From: Burkholderiaceae bacterium
GTDB lineage: Bacteria > Pseudomonadota > Gammaproteobacteria > Burkholderiales > Burkholderiaceae_D
Direction of reading: 5' to 3'
Length of the DNA stretch: 64,000 nt
NCBI GenBank assembly: GCA_030157545.1
Contig: JAOAUN010000055.1
Location: 31,517 to 95,516, forward strand
Position 1 is the stretch's first letter. The number at the start of each line of letters is the position of its first letter. The notes beneath the pieces were generated by a model. The model worked only from the letters and a program-made list of their open reading frames with translations, did not search any database and was not told the origin of the DNA. Below are positions 50,283 to 60,666 of this stretch, piece after piece. A program made the translations under genes and the position numbers.

Positions 50283-51317
50283 TTAAAAAGTGTAGCCGAC
50301 CTGCGGCGTTTTATCTTCAAAGCTTTCCAGCAGCCGGATCAGTGGCTTGAGTTCAATGTAGCGATGCGCCGTCTTGCGCACGTATTCCATCACCAGCGGC
50401 ATATCCTTCAGATAAGCGTCCTTGCCATCGCGATGTGACAGGCGAGCAAAAATGCCCAGCACTTTCAGGTGGCGCTGCAGGCCCATGAATTCGAAGTCGC
50501 GGTAGAAAGCGTCAATATCGGGGTTCACCGGCAGGCCGGCGCGCTTGGCGCGTTCCCAGTAGCGGATTGCCCAGTCGAGCACCATTTCTTCATCCCATTG
50601 GACATACGCGTCGCGCAGCAGCGAGACCAGGTCGTAAGTGATAGGGCCATAGACGGCATCCTGAAAATCCAGAATGCCAGGGTTGGCTTTGTCGAGCACC
50701 ATCAGATTGCGCGAATGATAGTCACGGTGCACATACACCTGCGGCTGCGCGAGGTTATTCGCCAGCAGCACATCAAAGACTTTATGCAGAGTCGTGGTCT
50801 GGTCGTCGGTCAGGGTCACGCCCAGATGTTTGTTCAGATACCAGTCGGGGAACAACATGAGTTCGCGCTGCAACAGCGCACGGTCATACTCGGGCAGTAC
50901 GTCAGGCTGGCTTTGCACTTGCAGCAGCACCAGCGCATCAATCGCATCCAGATACAACTTGTGCGCGGTGTCGTTGTTGAGCAGCTGCAGATAAGTGGTA
51001 GCACCCAGATCCGACAACAGCAAAAAGCCGCGTTCCACATCTTGGGCCAGCACGCTCGGCACGGTGACGCCAGTGGCGCCAAACAGCTCGGCGACTTTGA
51101 TGAAAGGGCGTACATCTTCCTGCGGCGGCGGCGCGTCCATCACGATATAGCTGGCGCCGTCGGCTGCATTTGCAGCATCTATGCGGAAATAACGGCGGAA
51201 GCTGGCGTCAGCTGAGGCAGGGCGCAGGCTGCTGATAACCAGGGCAGGCGTTGTCAGCGTGGCCAGCCATGCGGAGACTTGATTAAAACGGGGGTCGGTA
51301 TTGTGCAATTCTGACAT
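50283..51317 (-). CDS. amgK: anomeric MurNAc/GlcNAc kinase-like phosphotransferase (APH family)
   Basis: APH-fold catalytic motif HRDYHSRNLMV...ILDFQDA. Supported by synteny with murU. Confidence 0.7.
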   Translation of the reverse strand: MSELHNTDPRFNQVSAWLATLTTPALVISSLRPASADASFRRYFRIDAANAADGASYIVMDAPPPQEDVRPFIKVAELFGATGVTVPSVLAQDVERGFLLLSDLGATTYLQLLNNDTAHKLYLDAIDALVLLQVQSQPDVLPEYDRALLQRELMLFPDWYLNKHLGVTLTDDQTTTLHKVFDVLLANNLAQPQVYVHRDYHSRNLMVLDKANPGILDFQDAVYGPITYDLVSLLRDAYVQWDEEMVLDWAIRYWERAKRAGLPVNPDIDAFYRDFEFMGLQRHLKVLGIFARLSHRDGKDAYLKDMPLVMEYVRKTAHRYIELKPLIRLLESFEDKTPQVGYTF

Positions 51318-51489
51318 GAGAAAAATGAATGGGCGTTATAAATCAGTGAGTTAGTCGAAGACCGCCACTAGTTTGGCCAGGCAGTCTTGTTCAATCAGCA
51401 CCAGACTAGCGGTTTGACTACTGTGAGTTCCCATATAATAAGGGATTCATCACGCATACGCGCCGCTTAGACGTGCGATTCACTTTTCA

Positions 51490-53727
51490 ATGACCCGGCG
51501 ATTGCTCTTCTTACAATCCAGTCTGCCCAAGCAAGTGACTGCCATTGCAGTCTTCTTTGCCGTGGGCGCAGCCCCTGCCAGTGCGCAGCAAGCTGCACCC
51601 GCGCCAGTCAATGATGAGCGTGATCCGCCGCTGCAGATGGAAGCCGAAAAAATGACCGGTCGCCCCGATCGCGAAGTCAAGCTTGAACGCGATGTCGTCA
51701 TCCGGCGCGGCATCACCACCATTGAATCTGATTCCGTGAACTACAACATCGTTGATGATAAGGTCGATGCAGTAGGCAATGTGGAGATTGATCGCGCCGG
51801 CGACCATTACAGCGGCACAGAGCTGCATCTGAAGATGGATACCGGCGTGGGCACCATGAATAGTCCGGTCTACCAGCTGATGCGAAAAAATGCGCGCGGC
51901 AGCGCCGAGCGCGTTGACTTTGAATCCGAAGATTCGGCCACTATTGTGTCCGGCATTTATACGACGTGTGAAGGTCCGAACCCCGACTGGTATCTGAAGT
52001 CCAGCAAGCTGAGCCTTGATAACAGCACTGAAACAGGCGTCGCGCGCGATGCCGTTCTGGTTTTCAAGGGCTTGCCGATAGCGGGCACGCCTTACATTTC
52101 CTTTCCGCTGACCGATGAGAGGGTGTCCGGTTTTCTGGCGCCGAGCATTGCGACGTCGACCACTGGTGGTCTGGAAGTCATGACACCGTACTACCTCAAC
52201 ATTGCACCGAACCGTGACCTGACCATTTATCCACGCTACATTTCACGTCGTGGTCTGATGCTGGGAGGGGATGCCCGTTATATAGGCCAGACTTATTCGG
52301 GTTCAACCCGTGCTGAATGGCTCAATAATGATGCGATTACAGGCGAGCAGCGCTATGCCTTGTCGTCCATTCACAGACAAAATCTGGCGCCGGGACTGAA
52401 TTATTATTCCGACCTGAACTTTGCTTCCGATAACGAATACCCGAAAGACTTTCCGCTCACGCGTACCCTGGCCAACCGCCGCCTGTTGTTGCGCAATGTT
52501 CAGCTCGACTACGCAGCCAGCGACTGGACCGCAGCAATTCGTGTCGCTGACTATCAGGTACTGCAAGACCCGCTGGCAACAATTGTGTCGCCCTATGGAC
52601 GCTTGCCTCAATTGCTTTACTCGCGCTTTGGTTATAACGACAGCGGCCTGAGCTGGAATTTTGCTTCCGAGATGACCCGCTTTACCCATTCAACCTTGGT
52701 CGCGGGTGATCGTCTGGTACTCAACCCGCGCGTCAGCTATGCATGGAATCGGCCGGGCTTTTTCGTGCGTCCCAGCATGTCGCTGCATGGCACGCTCTAT
52801 AATCTTAATAATGTGAGTGATCCGGCCGTGATGACTGCGCCTACGCGCGTGTTGCCGACCGTATCACTGGACACGGGCCTGATATTTGAACGCAATGCGA
52901 CTTTCTTTGGTCGTGACGCCTTGCAGACGCTGGAGCCGCGCCTGTTTTATTCGTACACACCGTATAAGCAGCAGGACGCATTGCTGTATCCTACTTTCGA
53001 TTCCAGCGAGGCAGACTTCAACTATGCGCAAGTGTTTCGCGAAAACCGTTTTGTCGGTAATGACCGTATCGGCGATTCCAATCAGGTGACGGCCGCGCTG
53101 ACGTCGCGCTTTATTGAACTTAATGGCATGGAGCGCGTCAGGGTTGCAGTGGCGCAGCGCTTCTCGATGGCCGAGCAACGCGTGATACTGGGCGTGCCGA
53201 CCAACACGCCCGCTGCCACAGCGGAAACCCGCTCCGATATTTTGTTGCTGACATCGGGCCGCATTACCAATGAATTGCGTGTGGATGCCAACATGCAGTA
53301 TAGCCAGGCGCTTAACGAAGTTAATCGCGTCAACTTTGGCACCTACTGGCAGCCTGAGGCGATGAAGTTATTGAATTTTCAGTATCGGCGTGATGTTCGC
53401 AACACGACTAACAGTGCAGCGACCAATTTCGAGTTGATCGACATATCGGGCCAATGGCCATTGTCACATCGCTGGTACGGTGTGGGTCGCATTAACTATT
53501 TGTTGAAAGATAAAAAGCTGGGGCAGTCCCTGCTTGGTCTTGAATACAAAGCTGATTGCTGGATTTTCCGTTTTGTAAGTCAGCAGATTCCAACTGCGGT
53601 AGGCGTTGCCAACACCACGTTTTTTATACAATTGGAATTTAACGGGCTATCTAGCCTCGGTTCCGATCCTATGCGCGCATTGCGCAACAACGTGCCCGGC
53701 TATCAGCGGCTGAATCAGCAGCAGTAA
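51490..53727 (+). CDS. lptD: LPS-assembly outer-membrane protein LptD
   Basis: 745 aa with a signal peptide and an OstA-like N-domain (...MEAEKMTGRPDREVKLERDVVIRRG...). Large barrel. lptD-surA-pdxA-rsmA synteny. Confidence 0.9.
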   Translation: MTRRLLFLQSSLPKQVTAIAVFFAVGAAPASAQQAAPAPVNDERDPPLQMEAEKMTGRPDREVKLERDVVIRRGITTIESDSVNYNIVDDKVDAVGNVEIDRAGDHYSGTELHLKMDTGVGTMNSPVYQLMRKNARGSAERVDFESEDSATIVSGIYTTCEGPNPDWYLKSSKLSLDNSTETGVARDAVLVFKGLPIAGTPYISFPLTDERVSGFLAPSIATSTTGGLEVMTPYYLNIAPNRDLTIYPRYISRRGLMLGGDARYIGQTYSGSTRAEWLNNDAITGEQRYALSSIHRQNLAPGLNYYSDLNFASDNEYPKDFPLTRTLANRRLLLRNVQLDYAASDWTAAIRVADYQVLQDPLATIVSPYGRLPQLLYSRFGYNDSGLSWNFASEMTRFTHSTLVAGDRLVLNPRVSYAWNRPGFFVRPSMSLHGTLYNLNNVSDPAVMTAPTRVLPTVSLDTGLIFERNATFFGRDALQTLEPRLFYSYTPYKQQDALLYPTFDSSEADFNYAQVFRENRFVGNDRIGDSNQVTAALTSRFIELNGMERVRVAVAQRFSMAEQRVILGVPTNTPAATAETRSDILLLTSGRITNELRVDANMQYSQALNEVNRVNFGTYWQPEAMKLLNFQYRRDVRNTTNSAATNFELIDISGQWPLSHRWYGVGRINYLLKDKKLGQSLLGLEYKADCWIFRFVSQQIPTAVGVANTTFFIQLEFNGLSSLGSDPMRALRNNVPGYQRLNQQQ

Positions 53728-53766
53728 GCGCTTCTTAGCCGGATAACAGATTGTAGTGAATGAAAT

Positions 53767-53792
53767 AAGCAACGAAACTAAGCAACGAAACT
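53767..53792. repeat. 13-nt tandem duplication aagcaacgaaact x2, part of a degenerate ~13-nt periodic array
   Basis: Two exact copies at 53767-53779 and 53780-53792. Degenerate relatives (taagtaacgtaac, taagcgacgcac, taagctaataaac, caagcgaataaac) lie at 53937-53989, just before the surA ATG. Confidence 0.7.
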
Positions 53793-53827
53793 AAGAGCTT
53801 CTAACAAAATGCCCCTAATGTTAAATC

Positions 53828-53911
53828 TGTCGCCCCAGCGAAAGCTGGGGTCCAGCGACTTAGGTAGTGCACAACAAAAGCCACTGGGTCCCAGCGTGCG
53901 CTGGGACGACG
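53828..53911. repeat. REP/BIME-like pair of inverted palindromic units (same family as 18844-18916)
   Basis: tgtcgccccagcgaaagctggggtccagcg (53828-53857) and cactgggtcccagcgtgcgctgggacgacg (53882-53911), in the opposite relative arrangement to the first locus. Confidence 0.75.
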
Positions 53912-53994
53912 GTTTGGGTCTTTTTGTTAGAGCTTCTAAGTAACGTAACTAAGCGACGCACTAAGCTAATAAACCAAGCGAATAAACTAAGCCC

Positions 53995-55362
53995 ATGACG
54001 ATGATGAAAAATCCAGTCTCCCTGCTCCGATCCAGCCGTTGTCTGCTGCTGGCGGCTTTGCTTTGCAGTGTGCCTTTTGCTCACGCTCAGGGTAAGGCAT
54101 CGCAGCCCAAATTGGTCGACGCCATTGTTGCAGTCGTCAATAATGAAGTGATCACGCTTAAAGAACTCGACGAACGGATACAGTTAATCGAGCGTCGCAT
54201 GAAGAGCCAGAATATGCAGATGCCGGCGCGCACGGTACTGCAGCAGCAAGTGCTCGAGCGGATGATAGTCAATCGTGCGCAGATGCAGCTGGCGCGCGAA
54301 TCCGGCATACGGATCGATGACATCATGCTTGACCGCGCCGTAGCGCGCATCGCCGAGCAAAACAATTTGCCGCTGCAAGAGTTCCGCGATCAACTGGAAA
54401 AAGACGGCATCTCGTTCGGACGCTTCCGCGAAGAGATACGTGAAGAAATCACTTTGCAGCGCCTGCGCGAACGCGAAGTGGATAACAGGCTCCAGATCAC
54501 CGAATCCGAAGTCGACAACTATCTGGCTAGCGCTGCTGGCAATGCGCAGGGTGCTGAACAGGAAGTCAACCTCGCGCAGATTCTGGTGCGCATACCCGAA
54601 AATGCATCGTCACAGCAAATCGCCGAGCGGCGTCAGCGTGCCGAAGCCGCGTTTGCGCAACTCAGGTCAGGTGCCGACTTCGCCAAAGTGGCAGCCAGCT
54701 TTTCGGACGCCGGCGATGCCCTGACCGGCGGCGATCTCGGGTGGCGTAGTGTTTCGCGTCTGCCGCAGTTGTTCATCGATGCGACTGAAAAACTCAACAC
54801 CGGTGAAGTCAGTGCGATTGTGCGCAGCGCCAACGGCTTTCATATTTTGAAGCTGGTTGGCAAGCGCAGCGCCAGCATCATGAAGGGCAGCAATGTCAGT
54901 GTGGTGCAGCAGACCCATGCGCGTCATATCCTGATCAAGGTAAACCAGATCGTTTCGGCAGCCGATGCGCGCCGCAAACTTGTCGAGGTCAAAGCCCGGC
55001 TCGATAACAACGCGGCAAAATTCGAAGATCTGGCCAAGCTCTACTCCAACGACTTGTCTTCGTCCAAAGGCGGCGACCTCGGCTGGATATACCCGGGCGA
55101 CACCGTACCGGAATTCGAGCGCGCAATGAATGCCTTGCAACCAGGGCAGGTCAGCGAGCCAGTTGAATCGCAATTCGGTTATCACTTGATCGAAGTCATC
55201 GAGCGCAAGACAGAAGAAATCTCGCGCGAGCGTCAGCGTATGATCGCGCGGCAGGCAATGCGCGAGCGCAAGCTTGAAGAGGCGTATGAAGACTGGCTGC
55301 GCCAATTACGCGACCGCGCCTATGTCGAATACCGCCTCGATGAACTCGCAACACGCCCCTGA
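53995..55362 (+). CDS. surA: periplasmic chaperone / peptidyl-prolyl isomerase SurA
   Basis: Signal peptide, SurA N-domain, and two parvulin domains (...[15 protein letters not shown]..., ...[20 protein letters not shown]...GYHLIEV). Confidence 0.9.
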   Translation: MTMMKNPVSLLRSSRCLLLAALLCSVPFAHAQGKASQPKLVDAIVAVVNNEVITLKELDERIQLIERRMKSQNMQMPARTVLQQQVLERMIVNRAQMQLARESGIRIDDIMLDRAVARIAEQNNLPLQEFRDQLEKDGISFGRFREEIREEITLQRLREREVDNRLQITESEVDNYLASAAGNAQGAEQEVNLAQILVRIPENASSQQIAERRQRAEAAFAQLRSGADFAKVAASFSDAGDALTGGDLGWRSVSRLPQLFIDATEKLNTGEVSAIVRSANGFHILKLVGKRSASIMKGSNVSVVQQTHARHILIKVNQIVSAADARRKLVEVKARLDNNAAKFEDLAKLYSNDLSSSKGGDLGWIYPGDTVPEFERAMNALQPGQVSEPVESQFGYHLIEVIERKTEEISRERQRMIARQAMRERKLEEAYEDWLRQLRDRAYVEYRLDELATRP

Positions 55363-56323
55363 AAATAAAAGGCCGCGCATCGCCATTACCTGTGGCGAAC
55401 CGGCCGGCATTGGCCCCGAAATCGCGGTGCGCGCCGTGTTGCAGACGCAGTCCTTTGCCGACTGCATGCTGTTGGGCGATGCTGCACAATTGACAGCGCT
55501 GGCTGCTCAGGTGGATGCGAGCGCTTCCCTGAACATCCTCGACTGTCCGCTGGCAGAGCCGGCAGTGCCGGGGCGGCTCAATCTGCGCAACGGCGCCGCG
55601 GTCTTGCAAACCCTGGACAAGGCGATTGCTGCCGCCCTCGCGCACCAAGTCGATGCCGTCGTTACCGCGCCAGTTCAAAAAAGCACCATCAATGAGGCCG
55701 GCATCGCCTTCACTGGGCACACAGAATATTTCGCTGAAAAAACCGGCACAGCACAAGTCGTCATGATGCTGGCCGGCGGCGCCGGCATCGGCATGCTGCG
55801 CGTCGCGCTGGCAACCACGCATCTGGCTTTGAAAGACGTGCCTGCTGCAATTACACGCGACAGTCTTGCGCAAACCATTTCAATTATTCATCACGACCTG
55901 CAGAACCGCTTTGGCATCGCGCAGCCGCGCATTCTCGTGGCTGGACTGAATCCGCATGCAGGTGAGGGCGGCTATCTGGGGCGCGAAGAAATCGACGTCA
56001 TCACCCCCGTGCTGCAAGACGCGCAGGCTAAAGGCTGGCAAGTCTCAGGCCCGTACCCGGCTGACACACTGTTTCAACCCAAATACTTGCAAGACGCCGA
56101 CTGCGTGCTGGCGATGTACCACGACCAGGGGCTGCCGGTACTCAAGCATGCAAGCTTTGGCCGCGGCGTCAATATCACGCTTGGACTGCCCATTATCCGC
56201 ACATCAGTTGACCATGGCACCGCACTCGACCTGGCGGCTGCCGGCCTGGGCAATGCCGATTGCAGCAGCATGGTTGAAGCGATACGGGTGGCCTGCATAA
56301 TGGCTGAAAAAAACGGCCGGTAA
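55340..56323 (+). CDS. pdxA: 4-hydroxythreonine-4-phosphate dehydrogenase
   Basis: [43 protein letters not shown]. Start is ATG 55340 (or 55322) and overlaps the surA 3' end. Confidence 0.9.
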   Translation: MNSQHAPENKRPRIAITCGEPAGIGPEIAVRAVLQTQSFADCMLLGDAAQLTALAAQVDASASLNILDCPLAEPAVPGRLNLRNGAAVLQTLDKAIAAALAHQVDAVVTAPVQKSTINEAGIAFTGHTEYFAEKTGTAQVVMMLAGGAGIGMLRVALATTHLALKDVPAAITRDSLAQTISIIHHDLQNRFGIAQPRILVAGLNPHAGEGGYLGREEIDVITPVLQDAQAKGWQVSGPYPADTLFQPKYLQDADCVLAMYHDQGLPVLKHASFGRGVNITLGLPIIRTSVDHGTALDLAAAGLGNADCSSMVEAIRVACIMAEKNGR

Positions 56324-56360
56324 AGACGGCTGGCAAAGACGGCAACAATAAAGATAAATA

Positions 56361-57131
56361 ATGAAACACATTCCCAAGAAGCGCTTCGGTCAAAACTTTT
56401 TGACCGATCAATTTGTGCTGCAAGATATCATCAGTGCCATTGATCCCCATGCGGATGACAGCATGGTCGAGATCGGCCCCGGGCAGGGCGCAATGACACA
56501 GCTCTTGCTCAATACGCTCGATAGTTTGCAGGTCGTAGAACTGGACCGCGATCTGGTCGCGCTATTGAAAAAAAAGTTTGATCCTGAAAAACTCATCGTC
56601 CATTCAGGCGACGCGCTACAGTTTGATTTTGGCGGGTTGCCGACTACGCCCGGACGCAAGCTGCGCGTGGTTGGCAACCTGCCTTACAACATATCGACCC
56701 CCTTGCTATTTCATTTGGCGCAGTTCGCTGACCAGATTGAAGACCAGCACTTCATGCTGCAAAAAGAAGTCGTGCAACGCATGGTGGCCGCGCCCGGAGG
56801 CAAGGACTACGGTCGCTTATCTGTGATGCTGCAATGGCGCTACCAAATGGATTTACTGTTCATCGTGCCGCCGACAGCGTTTGATCCGCCACCCAAAGTC
56901 GAATCCGCCATAGTACGCATGCGCCCGCTTGCTGCGCCGCTGGATTGTGAAGAAGCCAAACTGCAGCTGGTGGTGACCAAGGCATTTTCACAACGGCGCA
57001 AAGTACTGCGCAATTGCGTCGCCGGCATGTTCACTGAGGCGCAATTGCATGACGCTGGCGTTAACCCGCAGGCGAGGCCAGAGACAGTGCCGCTGGAGCA
57101 GTTTGTTGAACTTGCGCGTAGAGTGGTGTAG
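56361..57131 (+). CDS. rsmA: 16S rRNA (adenine1518/1519-N6)-dimethyltransferase
   Basis: KKRFGQNFLTDQFVLQDII, VEIGPGQGAMT, GNLPYNISTP. Confidence 0.9.
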   Translation: MKHIPKKRFGQNFLTDQFVLQDIISAIDPHADDSMVEIGPGQGAMTQLLLNTLDSLQVVELDRDLVALLKKKFDPEKLIVHSGDALQFDFGGLPTTPGRKLRVVGNLPYNISTPLLFHLAQFADQIEDQHFMLQKEVVQRMVAAPGGKDYGRLSVMLQWRYQMDLLFIVPPTAFDPPPKVESAIVRMRPLAAPLDCEEAKLQLVVTKAFSQRRKVLRNCVAGMFTEAQLHDAGVNPQARPETVPLEQFVELARRVV

Positions 57132-57278
57132 AGCGCAGCGAAACCCACCATCACGCCACCATTTGAAACTCACTCCAACACGCTTTAGCATCTGTAGTTC
57201 ATGCAACAAATGGCGCACTCTGTGCAAGTTGTGCATGTTGAACTAAGTTTGTTGACGCACAATCCGGCAATCCATAAA

Positions 57279-57312
57279 TTTGCATCCTTTCAAGTTTTGC
57301 CAAGGATGCAAA
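57279..57312 (+). promoter_or_regulatory. 11-bp perfect inverted repeat covering the SD of the ABC exporter gene
   Basis: tttgcatcctt (57279-57289) and aaggatgcaaa (57302-57312) with a 12-nt loop. The right arm contains AAGGA and abuts GTG 57313. Confidence 0.5.
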
Positions 57313-59445
57313 GTGATATCAAGTATCAGCCGTTCAAAGCGATCAGCGCCCGACTGTGTCGCTCTTGATACGCAACATTTGCTCTGGGCGCTCGCTAGTC
57401 TGTGTGCGATAAAGAGGATACCCTTCGATGCAGAACTCTTCCTGCGTCAATTCCCACCACCTTATACGACTGATACCTTGCTGCAGGCAGCACGTGATTT
57501 GGGCCTGCGCATCAAACGCAAGCGGCGCGCACTCACAGCGCTAGATCACCGCTGCCTGCCGTGCCTGGCACTACGCATCACGGCAGCAGATGAGCGAGCC
57601 AGCCTGGACCTGATCACCGATGTCACGCCCGAACAGATCGTTTTTTTTGCCGCAAGCGAGAACGCCAGCACAACGCAGTCATGTGGCGATTATGCGACCG
57701 ACTATAGCGGCATCGTATTTCTGGTCGTAGGCGTAAGCTCGCCGCAGCAAGATCCGGATGCGCCAGCAGTCGGGTCGCAATTCGGCTTTCGCTGGTTCTT
57801 GCCTGAATTGCTCAAGCATCGCCGCGTCTGGCGCGATGTCTTGCTGGGCTCGCTGGTCCTGCAATTGCTTGCGCTGGCTACTCCCTTATTTACGCAAGCT
57901 ATTATTGATAAAGTAGTCGTACATCGCACCACCAGTACCTTGCTCGTGATTGGTATTGCGCTGGCCGTGTTCATGTTTTTCTCTGCGCTGCTTGGATGGG
58001 CGCGGCAAATCCTGTTACTCCATACCGGTAATCGCGTCGATGCCGTACTGGCGATGACGGTGTTCAAACACTTGTTCAATTTGCCGCCGCGTTATTTCGA
58101 GAAGCGACCGACTGGTGTCATTGCCGCGCGATTGCAAGCAGTCGAAACCATACGAGAATTCATTGCCAGCACGGCCGTCGCATTGATACTCGATATTCCA
58201 TTCCTGATTATTTTCATCGGCATCATGTTCTGGTACAGCGTCATGTTGACGTTGATCGCTTTATCAGTACTCACAGCTATTGCCTTGCTCAGCATGGCGA
58301 TCGCACCCTTATTCCAGTCGCAACTGAATCAGCAATTTCTGCTGGGCGCGCGCAATCAGGCTTTCATCACGGAATATATTGCCGGCGTCGAAACCGTCAA
58401 AAGCCTGCAATTGGAACCGCAATTGCAGGCGCGCTATGCCGTCTTTCTGGGCGACTATCTGAATGCGACATTCAAGACACGCCAACTGGCCAATCTTTAC
58501 AACACTATCGCCGGCACGCTCGAGCAGTTGATGAAACTACTGATTCTGATTGTGGGTGCGTATATCGCCATGCAAAGTACGGAGTTCACCATCGGCATGC
58601 TGGTCGCGTTCCAGATGTTTGCCGGTAATTTGTCGAGCCCGATGATGCGACTGGTCGGCCTGTGGCAGCAGTTCCAGCAAGCGCGTCTGTCAGTCACGCG
58701 CCTGGGCGATGTCATGAACGCGCCCAGCGAGCCGTATTCGATACTGCCAGTCAGGGCAGGACAAGGTTCTGGCAATATCGAGATTGAAGGACTGGCATTT
58801 CGGCATAGCGACAAGCATCCGTGGCTGTACCGCGATTTCAATCTCGTCATGCCTGCGGGTAGCAGGATTGCATTAATGGGGCCATCAGGCTCGGGCAAGA
58901 GCACCTTCGCCAAACTGCTGCAGGGTTTCTACCAGGCCGAAGGCGGACGCATACGCATAGACGGCACTGACATTCATAATATGTCAGCCAATGCCTTGCG
59001 CAGTTACTTCGGCGTTGTGCCACAAGAAACCGTCCTGTTCTCCGGCACCCTCTACGAGAACCTGCTGGTAGCCAGCCCGCATGCCGGCTTCGAAGAAATC
59101 ATGCATGCCTGCATGTTGGCTGAAATCCACGACACGATCGAACAACTGCCAGATGGTTACCAGACTGCCATCGGCGAGCGCGGGGCTGGTTTGTCTGGCG
59201 GCCAGCGGCAGCGCATTGCCATTGCACGCGCATTGCTGAAGCGGCCGCAGATCCTGATCTTCGATGAAGCGACCAGCGCTCTCGATGCCGACACAGCTGC
59301 GCAATTTGCCCGCACTATCAACCACCTGCAAGGGCAGGTCAGCATGCTGTTCATAACGCATGCGCTGCCACCCGGCTTGAAAATAGACAGAGTAATTTAT
59401 TTGCAGCCAGAGCCTGCGCTGGCAGTGGATGGAGTCCGCTCATGA
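57313..59445 (+). CDS. HlyB-like type I secretion ABC transporter with N-terminal C39-like (apparently non-catalytic) domain
   Basis: N-domain ...DTQHLLWALASLCAIKRIPFDAELFLRQF...LLQAARDLGLRIKRKR...LPCLAL aligns by eye with the HlyB C39-like domain. 6-TM domain; Walker [37 protein letters not shown]. The track start at 57280 is a TTG; GTG 57313 has an AAGGA SD. Confidence 0.8.
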   Translation: MISSISRSKRSAPDCVALDTQHLLWALASLCAIKRIPFDAELFLRQFPPPYTTDTLLQAARDLGLRIKRKRRALTALDHRCLPCLALRITAADERASLDLITDVTPEQIVFFAASENASTTQSCGDYATDYSGIVFLVVGVSSPQQDPDAPAVGSQFGFRWFLPELLKHRRVWRDVLLGSLVLQLLALATPLFTQAIIDKVVVHRTTSTLLVIGIALAVFMFFSALLGWARQILLLHTGNRVDAVLAMTVFKHLFNLPPRYFEKRPTGVIAARLQAVETIREFIASTAVALILDIPFLIIFIGIMFWYSVMLTLIALSVLTAIALLSMAIAPLFQSQLNQQFLLGARNQAFITEYIAGVETVKSLQLEPQLQARYAVFLGDYLNATFKTRQLANLYNTIAGTLEQLMKLLILIVGAYIAMQSTEFTIGMLVAFQMFAGNLSSPMMRLVGLWQQFQQARLSVTRLGDVMNAPSEPYSILPVRAGQGSGNIEIEGLAFRHSDKHPWLYRDFNLVMPAGSRIALMGPSGSGKSTFAKLLQGFYQAEGGRIRIDGTDIHNMSANALRSYFGVVPQETVLFSGTLYENLLVASPHAGFEEIMHACMLAEIHDTIEQLPDGYQTAIGERGAGLSGGQRQRIAIARALLKRPQILIFDEATSALDADTAAQFARTINHLQGQVSMLFITHALPPGLKIDRVIYLQPEPALAVDGVRS

Positions 59446-59909
59446 TTATCCGCTTTGCCCATGTCAGCGACATACCGGCGTGCATAGAGCTCGGTCGACA
59501 GCTACATCAGATGACACGTTTTTCCCGCTACGGGTTTGAGCCTGAGCGCATTGCGACCAGCCTGCATGCACTCATCACCGTCGGGCAGGAGCAGAAGCGC
59601 AGCCATTGTCTTCTGCTGGCAGAAAATCGTGGCGCGCAACTGACGGGTTGTTTGCTCGCCTGCATAGAGCGACATATTTTCTCCGACCAACCGGTCGCAA
59701 GCGTCATCACCTTCGGCGTACTGCCGCAAAATCGTATGGGTGGCACAGCCCTTAAATTATTGGAAGCGTTTAAACGGTGGGCGCAGAATCGTGGCGCATT
59801 TGAAATCAATGCCGGTGTCAACAGCGGCTTGCACATAGATAAAACAGATCGACTCATGAAGCGTCTTGGCTTTGAGGCTACCGGCGGAAATTACACATTA
59901 CGTTTGTAG
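59442..59909 (+). CDS. GNAT-family N-acetyltransferase
   Basis: 155 aa. Acetyl-CoA motif A VLPQNRMGGTALKLLEAFKRWAQNRGA and a C-terminal ...MKRLGFEATGGNY. Its ATG overlaps the ABC exporter stop (ATGA). Confidence 0.7.
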   Translation: MIIRFAHVSDIPACIELGRQLHQMTRFSRYGFEPERIATSLHALITVGQEQKRSHCLLLAENRGAQLTGCLLACIERHIFSDQPVASVITFGVLPQNRMGGTALKLLEAFKRWAQNRGAFEINAGVNSGLHIDKTDRLMKRLGFEATGGNYTLRL

Positions 59910-59930
59910 AGATTAAACAGAGGTTGCCCC

Positions 59931-60599
59931 ATGCTCAGGAAATTGACACAGCAAGATATCGATATCCTGCAAACTTATCAGATTAAAGGGCAGTGCGATC
60001 GTTATTGGAAATATCTCGCCAACCTTGGCGAACGCTATGCAGCATTGTCCCCGGGTGTAGTGTTCGATGAAAACGATGATGGTGCGCCACTGCGTCATTT
60101 TTACTGGACCCAGTACCGCGGCGCAAACGGCGAAAAACCAGACAACAACGAGCGTAGTCGATTTGGTCATGCGTTGATGCGCGTAGACATCGCCCAGCGT
60201 AGCGTGTTGTTACAAGCAGGCGAAAAAAAGTCTGCGCTTCATTTATCGGCCTCACATATTTATCATCAGCATAAGCGCGTACTGCGCTATAGAAACTGCT
60301 GGACGCCCATGCAAATACTGCAGCCGTTTTATGACAGTCCCAATCCGAATGTCAATATCGCGCAGAAGATCTGGGATTCGTTTGTCGATATGGCTGATAT
60401 CTATGCTGAACAGACCACCCTATCTGAGATTTTGGGATCGATCTCTCTTTTTCAGGCACATCTATTTTGGTTGGCCAAACAAGATCCGCGCGCTCTTAAT
60501 CAACGGGTGATGCACTGGATTGAGTCCGACATCTTGCCGGTCATGATGGCGGCAGCAACGGATGCTGATACTGATCCTGATTCAAGCCCCGATCAGTAA
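59931..60599 (+). CDS. hypothetical protein (222 aa), first gene of a repeated 3-gene module
   Basis: ATG with an AGAGG SD, no recognisable domain, acidic D/P/S-rich tail. A decayed second copy of its 3' end lies at about 61339-61424. Confidence 0.5.
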   Translation: MLRKLTQQDIDILQTYQIKGQCDRYWKYLANLGERYAALSPGVVFDENDDGAPLRHFYWTQYRGANGEKPDNNERSRFGHALMRVDIAQRSVLLQAGEKKSALHLSASHIYHQHKRVLRYRNCWTPMQILQPFYDSPNPNVNIAQKIWDSFVDMADIYAEQTTLSEILGSISLFQAHLFWLAKQDPRALNQRVMHWIESDILPVMMAAATDADTDPDSSPDQ

Positions 60600-60666
60600 G
60601 TCAGCAATCGATATTCGTTAAATAAATTTATCCATTTACTGAAATACATTCCGAATAACTAGTCTT

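Noticed and set aside
57313-57800. Active C39 bacteriocin-processing peptidase domain with a double-glycine-leader peptide cargo
   Set aside because: By eye, the residue aligned with the catalytic Cys is Trp, as in non-catalytic HlyB-type C39-like domains. No small GG-leader peptide ORF is visible nearby. This needs a profile alignment to be certain.
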